Source: Balanoglossus misakiensis (taxonomy: Eukaryota > Animalia > Hemichordata). Taken from it: a stretch of 64,000 nucleotides of DNA. This document shows positions 51,153 through 64,000 of the stretch, piece after piece. The stretch lies in contig CM082583.2 of the NCBI GenBank assembly GCA_040954595.2, forward strand, positions 5,950,849 to 6,014,848. Direction: 5' to 3'. Every line of letters begins with the position of its first letter. The stretch's first letter is position 1. Both the position numbers and the translations under genes were made by a program. Under the pieces are notes generated by a model. The model was not told the origin of the DNA and ran no database searches. It worked only from the letters and a program-made list of their open reading frames with translations.

Positions 51153-52983
51153 CCGACGGAAGAGCGCAACAGCAGATAATTATGGCTAAGACGTTGAACA
51201 GCTTTATATTTAAAGACAGTTGACACCTTTGCCGTTACCTGAAATTTTGAAGTTCGAGGCAGTCTTTCGCTGGGTAAAGTAGTTCCTGAGTAAAGGCAAT
51301 ATATTGCAATGAAGACGGAAAGCGATAGTTAGAGTCAATCCTCTTTGAATAAAATTGTGCTTTAATGTGACGAAGAAGCTTTTTAGTAAAGAAACCACGC
51401 TCTTATCTCGCCGTCCAAATGACAAAATGTAGTTAGACTGTTTCACTTAAAACGCTCGAGAACGTGAATTGCGTTATTTCGTCCGGGCAGCAATCAGCTG
51501 CTCATTTGCACCATGCCTCTAGAATGCTGCTTTGAACTGTTTTAGCGACTCGGAGATGTTTTTTAAAATCTCTACAGATTCCGTGACCTTTGCGAGAGTC
51601 ATTACGCATTTGGAGTGGAGCAATTTTAACATCGTAAATTCACTTCGAAGAGAAAACCTTGCAGCTCGCAGTTGCAGAGTAATTCCATTTCCATAGCAAT
51701 TGATAACTTGTGAGGTTTGACTAGATCGAAAAGATTCCCCATCACTGAAAAGCAAATTCCTATATTACCCGCCATAAATCACTTTAATTGCCCAGATTGG
51801 AGCATATTCCTAGAAAAACAATCTCTCGTGAATAATCTATACACATACAATTAATGCCCACAATATATATGTTCAAATATATGTGTATTGTTTATCAACT
51901 CGTATCTGTCTCTACCTGAAAATGATCTAAGATGTTTCTTTTTTCTGTTAGCGCAGGGGGAACGACATGCACAATCACAGAATGATATGAGAGGCAAATG
52001 CGAATTTCAAAAAAGCAGGTTGATGTTATCATAAAAAATGTAAAAAAAAACTATTCCATATTAGCAATTAACTTTCAGAAGTTTAATAACAACACGGCTG
52101 TCTTCAAGGGCTATCTTCAAGGTATAATATTCGTGAATATATACTAGTAGAATGCCACGCCACTACAACATTATGGTTTCCCCTTCATGCCCGGAATCAA
52201 GCATGCAGACCCGAACCGAGTGCCTGCAAATTTAATTAAATTTCAGGGTAGCTGGGGCAAATTTCATCCAGCGTGATACAAGGGCACTTTGAAATGTATA
52301 AGCCCAGTTTCCATAGTTACTGCTGGTTTGCCACAGGTGAAAATGATAAATGTAGTAACGTACGTGTAAGGGATACCTGCAAAGTCAAGCGAGAGTGATT
52401 CGGTGACCTGAGTCTTAAACAATGCAGTTTCATTTTAAATGACTATATGCTGATTTGGTTTTGTTGATTTCGTTAAAAAGGGTAAAGTCCGTAAAATCTT
52501 CGCGTGCACCATCTAACCCCTGAATCCCGAACATTCAGTTCTGGTGAAACATGCCTGAAATTTTCCGAGCGAGTGGGTTCATTTTTACGTTCCAGTTGTG
52601 CACCAACCTGATGGATTCTAATTTCACCTCTGACCCCCATTTCATCTCAGCTCGCTCGCCCTCCAGTCATTTGCCGGCTAACTGCAGAGTAACGGGTCCG
52701 TGACACAGGGCAGGGCGACAATTCGCATAAAAGGGGAGACTAATTGAGATACTGCGATGCGCACGAAATAATAGGCACAAAAATGTCGTTGATTTTGCGA
52801 GCTATTTCGGCGGCGGAGTGTATCTTGTGTCCAGTGAGTGGAAATCCTCCCCCAGTATATATAGTAAGCCGGTAACAGCAACAGAACCAGAGAGCATCGC
52901 AGCCTTCTCTGTGGAAAGTGCGATCATGTAGAATTGAAACATAATCCGAATGGAACACGACCGACTTCGACATAATAGTAATA

Positions 52984-53041
52984 CACTAGAGGGTGCTCAA
53001 AATCATACCCCCTAGCGGTGTCCAACGGATACCCCCTAGTG
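52984..53041. promoter_or_regulatory. Cluster of three CTCF-like motifs
   Basis: cactagagggtgct (+), ccgctagggggtat (-), cactagggggtat (-) within 60 bp. Confidence 0.35.
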
Positions 53042-56000
53042 CATTATTAATAGTATAAGAACAAAGAGAGTCACGAACGCCACAGTGGGCTTTGCCTTTT
53101 CAACAGCTGACCCCCCCCCCCCTTCTAAATCCTGCATGATCAACAGCGTTTGATCGTCAAGCTCAGCTGAAAGAAGCAACGAGGCCATCTGTGTGATTTG
53201 TTGCTCACGACTGCATGGGTGCGTGACTTTCTTTGCAAGCGTGATCGAGAGGGGCCGGAGCTGCTTTCGTTATTTTCTGCTGAAATGAATAGCAGCCTGC
53301 TGAGTGTCTTTACCATTCACCGTCACTGTCCCGTCCACAGCACGTGCGAAAGTGAGCGTTAGTGATTCGTTTACAATCTGTTGACGAAGACTTTTGAAAA
53401 TAACACAAAAGTGACATGACTTTTGAAATAAGCTGTGAGGCTTATGCTCGCCATAAAAGACTATGCATTGTGTTTACATTTGTGCCAGCTGAGGCCGACC
53501 TAACCAACAAGAACGTGAGCCGTGCACTCCTAATTCCGAATAAATAAGCGGGAGTACGTAGGCCTACATGTATATGTATACATGTATACGTGGAGGTACA
53601 CGGCGCCAAACAATAAAGTACTTTTACCTGTGCTATTCTTGACACGTAAAAGCAACATATTCAAAATTATGATTGAAGGTTTCGATTATCTGTCAACGGT
53701 TGGAGGCATGATCCATATAATATAAGCCAGCGTTGTATAAGGGACCTCTCCATAAACGTTTGCAGAATTTGTTTGGGCCAAGTAATGTGCCGTTCAGTGA
53801 ATTGGAGTCTGACACTTTCCACGTCATCTCAAAATAGAGAAATCGCACGATGGAAAGGACAGTATTACAGTATTACAGCAACTTTACAGCAGTGTTATAA
53901 TTTTGTGGCAATCAGATGTCACAATGGCTTTTACTGATCGGTTGACGGCACGTTAAAACCCGCCACAGATTTTCCTAGGAACGGCCAAACGTAATAGGCC
54001 TCCTGTAAACATGGATAATTATAGAAAAGTGAAACGAATCTAACCGACACTCTTGAATCGGCCCCGGCGACTTGCAATCTCGGTTTAGACTACAATACAC
54101 CCGAAAGAAATGCTCCCATTGTAAATGTCAAAGATTGCACGTGGGAATGACGTCAAAGCCGATATGCATCTCACCGAGCGAAGGGAAGTTTCAATAAAAT
54201 AAAAAAAGTAGTCGGTTTCCCCTCATTGTCTATTTTCCGCGGAGTGCTCGTCGTCGGCTTTATGGCATCACACGGCGAGTACGTTGTAATTACTGTATAG
54301 CGGGGACGAGCGAACGAGATAAATTGCTCTGTTGGTTGTGCTACTCAACGCACGGCCATTAAAGATAACTTGTTGATGGCGGTAAAGAAGGCTGTATCGA
54401 TCCCCCGCTAAGTCGTCACCACTGACCTGGCTAAGAATATAAAGCGTCGCGTGTGAAATGAACAGAATTCGGCACACGCATCACAAAGGAAGCGTATGTG
54501 GGTAAATCAGTTTAAGCATCTCGCGGCAGTTTTTGACATTTTACTTTCCGCCTTTTGAACGGACAAAATGCCTTTTAAGTCTTGTTAAGGGAAGACGCCT
54601 GGGTCCCTGATCAGCGGGCTGCACGTATGAACGTGATTCTATAATATTAGTCATCTTTTGAGGTTACTAATACTGCCATCTACATAAAACAACACAAAAG
54701 CCGATGTCGAAGACAATCACAGTCGCACCATATGAACGACTGAACGCTCACTTTGAAAGAACCGCACCACCGATCTGTTCTGAAGCACTGCACCAGTGGA
54801 CGTTTACCCATTGGACGCATATCCCAGCCCTATCCCCGGTCCTACCCTCTCGCCAAAGTGAATAAACGGTAAACACCGATTAATGTCCCTTTAATATAGA
54901 CCATACTAAGTCAAATTGTGATAACCGGCCGTTTAGCATATTTTAGTGATCTGAACATTATAAATAAGCTATCAAAATAGCCAAAAAACAGCAACAACGT
55001 AAACGACTTTGTCCAATTTAAAATTATCCAAATATGCGCATTTTAAACGACATGTAACAGTGTGCTATTTTGTGGGTATACATGTATGTGCATAATATTT
55101 CCTGTGACGGGGTTTGAGATTTATGAGGGTAATTTTCACGATAGGAAAACCCACACTCCCTTAGATGAAAGCAAACGACTCAGCCATTCGTCTCGCTTTG
55201 ACACAACCAAAGAATCTTATTGAATGTCTAGACGTTGTGCATTATTAAAATCAGGCTTTACACCTACCCCGTGGAGTTATATGCTCTTTATACTGAATGC
55301 ATTAGATTCATGATAACCGATTACATTTCGAGGTCACGTTGTCATATCAGGATGGATAAAATTGTAACTCTATTCCAGCAGGGATTGTACACGACTTCGG
55401 AATACATACAGATTCTGCAAATGCGTTTTCAATTATCGCCTGTATTAATTTATCAGGCAATAACATTTTTCTCCCTCGTGACGTATCAGAATACGTCGGG
55501 GCGTTCCTCAGAGCTTTAATCTTACTAATGAAACGTTTGATACCGTTCTAAATGGCAAGATGCTATTAACGAAGAAAACAATATTGACTTGAATTCAGTG
55601 AAAGCCCGTATTGACATTATTATCCAAATGTCATAAAAATCACACAATCACTGAAGTGTTTGACTGAATTAGTCTTTCTACACAGGATTGCTACTTTTAT
55701 TTTTTTTTTTATGGGGAACATTACACTTCATCGGAATAATGCGACGTTTAGTATTATCATGACTTCCTCATCACGACGATATGACGCGCTCAGTACTCTC
55801 GGCTTGCTTCCAGACATTTCCGTCAAATCCAAGGCGCCATTGTTGAGCATTAACCGTTGGAGATCATGGCGGCTTTGACGGGCGCACGGTGAGCAACAAA
55901 CCCAACGATACAAGACACAGGATACGGGAGAGACTTTGCAATTCAGTACCACTTAGGTTACACATGATGAAACACCAGGTATCGCCGTTTCTGATACCAC

Positions 56001-59000
56001 AGACTCCCTAGCGACTTAAACAATATCTCGCCAGACTGGGTTTGTTCGAACATTGAGGAATTTCAACACCCGCATTTGTCTTTGCCGGCGCAAGGGTGTA
56101 GAATATTTATGAACACACAAGATAGTTCTACCACTGTCAAACATTACAAAAAAACACTGGCCATGTTGGCGGCAAAAGGTATACGGTACGGTATACACGT
56201 ATGCATACATTCCGTTTGTATACATGTAGGTATAGACGTGAGATCTTACATAACCGAGATGGGCATATAAAGCTTTATCATGTTATGTCTTAAGCCATAC
56301 TAGCAGCACACCTGAGCTGGTTTATTTCAATTACGCCGGTTCAGCAAACGAGCACGCAGTTTCGGATAATATGTAGAAGTTCAGATAGTTTGTGATGGTA
56401 TTCAATATGGTTGCCAGTCGGCCATCTTGTTTTATGCCTTTAATCTCAGAAATCCGCTTTACCAAGGCGCTTCTGGTTTGTCGCTCCTCAAAGTTCAGAA
56501 AACGACAAAGCGCTCGGCAACACCTTTATCTCAAAATGACAGACTTGTTTGTCGTGTTCCAAATGTGTTTACGTTCGCTTTGCAAGGGCAAGGCACTATT
56601 GTCGACACAGGTATACCGCCACATGCAACACGTTGATTGAAATGTAATTACATGTACTTCAAATCACCAGGTATAGGGGACAGTGCCTTCTGTGACGACA
56701 TTAGTATTACGTTTACAAATTACTTGTACTTGGAATACGTGCGAGTGTGCAGAAATAAAAGTCTGTCGGTCTACCACATGTCGACGAAGTACAAAAAATG
56801 TAGCTGCGAGCTGTTCAGATACTAATCAAACGAAGCGCTACGTGTTGCTAATTGAAAATCTAACATTTTACATCGTTCCATCGCCATGGTGACAACACAG
56901 TGTACTCGCTGTAGTAGGCAGGGAAAGAGGAAACACACACTGAAATGCACTATTGTCACGATAATTAAACCGATTCACAATAAATCTAATAGGGTATGGG
57001 CAATAAATATGGATATAAAAGAACCAATTCAGACGGGATTTAGGAGGAAATGGCACCGACCGTGTAGTCATCTGTTTCCAATATACATGTATTGCGAAAT
57101 TAATACATAATGATAGGACGAATCCTATTTCAATAACACGAAAATGGCTGTGATAACCAACACGCTGCTCTTAATGCTTATAAGCATAAAATGATATATA
57201 TGACAACGCGTCCCTGTTTCTGTAAACGTTTAGGGGTAACGTGTGCCAAGGGGTGGTCTAAAGTTTCAAATATCAATGGCGTATACACTATTAGCGAAGA
57301 GTGACTAGTCTTAAGTAAAAACTGAGAATGAACGCAAGGAACACAACGCAAATATTCGTGCAGCTAAACATAACATATGTCACTCATATATATCCGTATA
57401 TGCCACGTTAATTTTATATTCCATACTTCAACATATTTGACTTACCGTATTGTCCCTCCCCCCCCCCCAATGCTTTACAGCCATATTGACTTTCTCTTTT
57501 ACGACGAGGTTAAATCATTTTACTGCCATCAATGTATTGCTACATGCCTGTGATATTACACCCACGTGAATGTAAAATTAAATTGTTTTTTTTTTCCCTT
57601 GAAGAATGTTATTTTATTTCATTTAGATACCATTAAAACTTGCTGGACGTCGGATTTGATCAATGGTTCTGCTTCCAAAAGAGGGATCGTACGCTTCTCG
57701 GTCCCGTGTCCATATTCATGATATTGATGGTTAGAGTAACGCGCACTGCGGCTCGAGTCTCTTGGGATCATACGAAATGCTCGTTGCTTTGGTAACCAAA
57801 AAAGACACACAGACGTCGTACAGACGCGGTGACCTGGCTGTTGGAACAAGTGAAGGAAATTTGGTCGCGACCTTGTTTTAAAAACGGCTAAAAGTGTGCG
57901 GCTAATTTGGGCTTTTATCGGATTATGACACTGGTTTAGTGCGGTATTACCTAGAATGTTACCTCCATTACCGAGCGAGCGGATTTAACGGTGTCGTGTA
58001 GGGAGAGCAGTGACAACTGAATGTATGTAACATCACAATGATAATACACAGGCCTGGCGCCTTATTACCGTCGTTTGATGATGCAATTTCCTCCAGAGTG
58101 GTTCAAATGAAGCGGTTTAACCCGAACCGGTTACAGCGCCGAACACTCATAATTGTAGAGTCAATGATATTTAAAAAATGATGGCAGTGATAATCGAAGA
58201 TGTCGCCAGCCCATACGGCTAACTCAGACACTGCACTCGCGTTCCGTAGGCCTAATAATCACAACTTTTATTTCTGTCAAGATGTCTTTCTTTCAGACTT
58301 GCTAACAAGCGCACACGAGTAAAGTTGACGGGAGACAGCGGCCCCAAGCGAGATTTGTGTTTCAGTCTGCAAAATGGCGGACAGCCCAACGATATATTAT
58401 ACAGCATGTGAAATAAATTCTCTGTCACAATTTTGCTCTCTAGTTGTCTTACAGTTATTTCAAGTAACCCAAGAGAAAAGTTTGCTTCCCTAACATAAGC
58501 CGAATATTTAAGCAGAAACGTGCCATCAGCATTCGAATTGAAACAGTTGCCGACATCTTTTGTCTCCCGTCAAAGATTACTGCATTTTTGTTATAAACCC
58601 CAATTAATACTTCCATTAAAGGTACTCAAGAATCGCATACCTGCTTATTGGTCGGCAATTTCAAATTTCTGGGGATTTCTTTCATGTTCATCATCTCTTT
58701 TGAGATTTTTTGTTTAAAACTACGTCATTTTAGAGTGAGAGACGGTATTTTCAGAGCTTCCGAACATATGTTTCGGAAAAAATATATAGCAGATTTACCA
58801 TTCTACATTTAATACCAGACTCCTTTGTCGTGAAAAATTGCATGTATTTACTTTCCATACGCTTTGCCGTATGTCTGACGAGGGAAGGGTTGAATCGCGT
58901 GTTAATCGACGGTAATACTGCAAGTATTTCGACTTGCAATATGTGCTTCTTGTGCAGAAATGTGATAAGTTTAGAATGAGTTTCCTTTCGATGAACTATG

Positions 59001-62000
59001 TCCTTTTTACAATTGCTTTAGAACACTTCTTTTGCTTGTACAGACCTCAGTTGAGAGGGCCCTCACTAACTACCGAGGTCAACTCCTCCTAAGGGACTCT
59101 TCTCATCGAATTCAAGTTGCAAATATGGCACACTCAGTTATACTCGATGCACTTAGTGACTGATCACCATATCTAGCATAACTGTATACATTGTCTGGAA
59201 GGATTGTCTCCGAGAGCACACCCTGCATGGAGATATGCTGACATACATGTAGACGACGAAGATGTTCGGAAAAAGTGTACGATTCAACCATGCTATTAAA
59301 ACACCGGTCCCAATATGGGCATACAAGATCATGTGCATGTAACTGCAGGTACACGTTTCCACCAATTCAATAAACAAACGAAATGCTGTCATTCAGACAA
59401 GCACTGCTCCAACAGCACTGGGCCCTCCGAGTCTCGCCAACTACGACATTCCTCTCCACGCAGATGAATATGAATCATGTCGATGGCCAACTCGCCCTAA
59501 ACTTTATACATGAAATGCAATGTGAAACAAATTCAATGCACATATAAATCACGGTGATCAGCGGCTGTCACGACTCTGAATGCAATCATGTTGGGCAGAA
59601 ATCTCCTCAAAGGCATTTTGACTGTATATATATAATTGCAAAACGTTCGTCGTAAGGCGACATCGAATGATAAGAATCCCATCAATATTGGCGCAGTTGT
59701 TTACACCGACAACGTTTGTCCTTTTCTCGGTGTTCATGGTTGTCCAAAGTGATCATTAGTGCAAGTTCCCCCAAAGCAAAGCTGCGTTATTATTATCTTT
59801 TTGCAATATTTGTAAACCGAAATCGTCGGCATTTATTTATCAGCGTTTTGTATATATACACTGCCAAACCCCCAGAGGGGGCATGAAATATGCAAACTTA
59901 GTATCACGGTACAGATACGCTCTCGCTCTGCCTCAAGATCTCCCTATATAACGCTGATGGCTACCACGAAGTTTGCTTCACCCTGTCTTGGGATGTTGCA
60001 CCTGTGTTTACACACGAGGTAAAAACTAATACCCGGCTTAAAATCTGAGCGACAACACAACAACGACTCGGTACTCAGTCTAGCCACCCCTACAGCTGAG
60101 GGAACCGAGTAGCGACGGCAGCCACTGGGGAAAACCACAGACCTTGTTTGCTGCCAGCTGACTGCAAAATAATGCATGAATCACTGCTCTGTGAATTTGC
60201 ATGCAATCGTGATGTGAGCATTGGAGTCGGGACTGTTGACGGGGAGACAGACGTAACCCGCAGTAGGATGAAGGGATTCGTAACGGATTAATGAAAATCT
60301 GTATGTTGAGATTTAATGCTGCAAATCATTTGCAAGAAATTCATATACTTTGTTCTCTTTTGAAAAGTCCAAGGCCGGGCACAGGGCAGACAGACAGACA
60401 GAGCAGCTTTGGCGCAAAAAGTAGACGCCACGTCTGTCGTGGAATTGAAAATGAGTGTTTTATGATTAGATATTAACAGCGTCTCTTGGTATCATTCTCT
60501 CACATTATTCAGGGCAAATCACCATTTTGCGTCACCATACACTCATTGCCCAGACGATATTAGCCTCATGATTAAACTAAATACGGCCATTCTATAATAT
60601 TCAGGCACCACCACCGACAACATTTCTTGACAACTCATGACATGTATGATCACGTGCACTATATTCAAAACATGGCACGGAAGAGTTGAGCTTTCTTTAC
60701 AGGTGCCCTTGACGTTAAAGCACATTAAGTGTCACCACATATTAACCTGCCATGCTCAATCAACGTGGAACAGTTGTCCCCGAAAATAATAATATTTTTC
60801 CTGTGGTTTCCTGTACTTGAAATTTATGTGGTCAATTAAACATCAGTCAACCAAAATCTCAGTCGCTGACGTTTGGCACTTAGGCCGTTTTCGGTAACCT
60901 TTTTTCGGGATCAAACTCCCAATCCTAAACCTTCATTAAATGTGAAAGTTTGCCATTCATGGTATACCGCGGATTGTGCTCTTGTTCGTTATATCTGTGC
61001 ATAATTGAAGTTCCCCCAAGCGGCTGGGCGACGTTCACTGAATTTGGTTTAGGCATTCGTGGGGTATAGCGACTGTGTTTACATACGTGGTAAATGCAAA
61101 TGCCTGGCTAATTTGAGTGACCACATATGCAAACGCCCTACTTCTTGAGACCTGTACCCATGCTTCTTCGGCAGCTGGGCAAGGTATGTGAGACAGTAGT
61201 CACCGGGGTAAACCATGCATTCGGATGTTTGCTGCCGGCCGTCTACGGGAAAAGTGCACGAATATATATCTCTGCTCGGCGAATTTGCATTTACGATTCA
61301 CGAGCACTGGAGTCGGGGCGTTTTTGGTGAGAGACCAGGGAAACGACATTCAGACGTACCCTGCGGTACGGCGGAGGAACCTACATTCTGATGCACCCCC
61401 GAGGGGCGTTATAAAACGACTGGCGAAAATCTGCATTTTAAGAATCGGAATGCTGTAAATCATCCGCTGCCACGCTCACATAGTTTATTCGCTTTTGATA
61501 AGTTCCAGGCCAGGCAACAACACAGAAAGACGGAACGCTGCTTCTGAAGTAAGAGTAGAGGTCTATGGTAGAAATACACACCTCTCTGCGCATGTCTGGT
61601 GACTAGAAATTAATAACACTTGTTTTGGTACCACTCACACGCATTATTCAATGTCAATCACAAAACCCGGAAACTTGGGAGAGATTAGTCTCCATTAAAT
61701 AAATACTGCTCCCTCCATTCTATGGTATTCTGGCACCGCTGCCGATAATCAATCTTGAAAATCCACGAGGAGTTATGACCGTGCACCTGCACTGTATTAA
61801 AAACCTGACACGGAAGAGGTTGAGATATCATTTAACAGGTGGCTTTGGCGTTCAGGCGCACTCAGGTTTACCAAGTATTATACCAAGTCTACCAAGGTAA
61901 ATGAAAGTGATATAGTTGTTTCCGAAAACCGTTTACGTTCGTTACAACCGAATGTTCGTTTAAACTGTAGCCATGTGTATAAGAAAAGTACCAGATGTAG

Positions 62001-63057
62001 GCTGACTGCAAGGCAGATTGCAAGGTGCTGTAATTAACCCCGTTGGAAAAGGCAATTTACTTAAAATGTTGCTAACGACCTTACACAAGAGTAACTACTT
62101 CGACATTCAATACACCCCTCTTCCAAGTTCACGCGCTGACATTTGGAATTAAGAACTGAGGTCCCCGCAGCCGAGTTACAGAAATCATGGTCTGCTGCGT
62201 GTAAAGCATTTTGGCAGTGAATTGCCCGTGAACCGAACTTAGCTATAGTGTATGATAGCGTCATCGTTTGTATACTATGAAGGCTGGGTGAAAGGCTTGT
62301 CACTGAGAGATAATTTGGCAACAGACTGTTACGTAAAAAAAGGTGACGTTATGGATGAGATGCGGGGATAGAGACGCGATAGTCGACAATATTCTTTTTA
62401 AACAGATATTGCATCTGCGTCATGTGATCTTCAGAGCGTTATCGAGCAGCATCTATACGCGGCAGTTTGTTGAGGTTTCTGAGAGATTACACAATCGCTT
62501 CATTATGGAAACTGAATTGAATAGTGATTGTGGCACTGTGTTCTCGCCGCGTGAAGGCACCTTCCGGATACCGTCTCTTGAATCAGCAGTAATGAGCGCT
62601 TATAAACCTGGTGTACTTTAGTGGACGCGACTTCACCCCCTGGGCGATACCGTCACGCGACAACGGACAATTTTATCGGAAGATTAAAGCTCTGTTTTTG
62701 AACAGATATAGTTTCCAGAACCGGTTACAGAAATTAGTGAATTCGACATTACAAGCTTAACCACATATTTCGATAATTTTCCTACGATAACCTAATTATA
62801 CCACCGATTTCCACAAAACTAACACTACCAAGACCATTAAGAATATCGGTACGTTGGCATTTATTTATGACGACGTGTAGTGATGAAGCAGGCTGTGCAG
62901 TATCAATATGCCTTTGGCCTAATATATTCATGTAGTACTAATCATATCGTTCAGAGTTAATGTATCCAGTGATTGATAGATCGGGATAGACGGGGGGGGG
63001 GGGGGGTGAAGATGGAGGGAGACAAGCAGACCCACAGACCGAGTATTAGGCATGAGA

Positions 63058-63082
63058 ACAGACAGACAGACAGACAGACAGA
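63058..63082. repeat. (GACA)n microsatellite
   Basis: Visible. Confidence 0.85.
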
Positions 63083-64000
63083 CTTGATAATGATTTGATG
63101 ACATTGATGGTGTCAGCTTACCACTGTAGTAGGATTCAGCGTCATATTATCTATTGATTGTTTTTTATGCAAAGAAAAGTTCAAAAATGCGTTCATCACC
63201 GCGTGTCAAGGCATCAGGAAGTGGGAGTTTTTTTTCAAAACGCGTGCACGAGAACAATTCTGCCGTTATTAGCGTTATGCATTCAATAAAAAAGCCGTGG
63301 TTCTGACACAGAAATAGCGACAGTGTTCATCTTTAACAATGCAGATATCTCGCGTGTGCAAAGTCATAAATTATTTATTCGAGTCGACGCTGCAGTTACT
63401 CCGTGCACGACGAAACTGTTTTCGCCAAAAATGAGGGATGGGCTTTTTAATTAAGAACGATACTTGTCAGACGCCAATGAATTGATAGATCATGTAACAG
63501 CCCGTCATTATTTAGCATCGCGACAATGACGTCATGTCGTCTGCCAAAACTGGTGCAAAAACACAGACGTCGCTACAGAATTCAGCTGATAGAAATCTTT
63601 TCATTTTTTTCGAAAATTCCCAGCTGTTTCATTGGCGTGCATAGAAAACGACAAAGTCTGAAAACCCAACAATTTATCGCTTATCAACCACCTGATGAGA
63701 TACAAACAGTAAATTATTGTTAACCGTCATATGACGCATGCACTCCAAAACCATACGCGTATATATCATTTCTTTCTTAATCTTTTACCTTTGACCCGAT
63801 ATTTGACTTAATTTTGACGTACTGAGGGATTGCATTTCTAAATTGAATACTTCAAACTGAGGTTTGGGGGAATTATCTTCGCACTGACAAAATTTAAAAA
63901 TAAACTTTAATAACCCTTAATTTTATCGGACATTTCGCACGTAGAGTAAGCCTAACTAATAAATCCATTAATTGTTGATTATATGTTTTTGATTGATTGA

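Noticed and set aside
11045-63006. Multiple poly-G/poly-C runs (e.g. 15255, 22788, 33088, 62992)
   Set aside because: Common homopolymers with no positional pattern supporting a G-quadruplex function.
48000-64000. Many 60-106-aa ORFs
   Set aside because: No domain motifs, no GPCR TM1/TM2 signature and no transposase or reverse-transcriptase motifs; consistent with intronic DNA containing decayed repeats.

Overview
Eukaryotic, intron-rich animal genomic DNA; the gene content and GT-AG introns suggest a marine invertebrate, probably a deuterostome (inference). I reconstructed nine spliced protein-coding genes by hand with phase-consistent introns. In order: (1) a strongly degenerate GT29 sialyltransferase-like type II membrane protein (-); (2) a cytosolic sulfotransferase with two duplicated alternative first exons (+); (3) ADAL/MAPDA N6-methyl-AMP deaminase (-), with a 280-bp palindromic MITE inserted into the TA of its exon-2 splice acceptor; (4) a small single-pass protein with a degenerate LDLa module (+); (5) an SLC22 transporter (+); (6) an NXPE/PC-esterase (SGNH) type II membrane protein (+) that could splice in frame onto the transporter; (7) a small PH-domain protein not evident from the ORF track (-); (8) a DEG/ENaC channel with two alternative N-terminus/TM1 exons (+); (9) the 3' two exons of a kisspeptin-receptor-like GPCR (-), whose upstream exons appear to lie beyond the window. 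Apart from the GPCR exons, I found no convincing coding sequence in 36.3-64 kb. No rRNA, tRNA or CRISPR was seen. All family calls come from motif recognition, not database searches.
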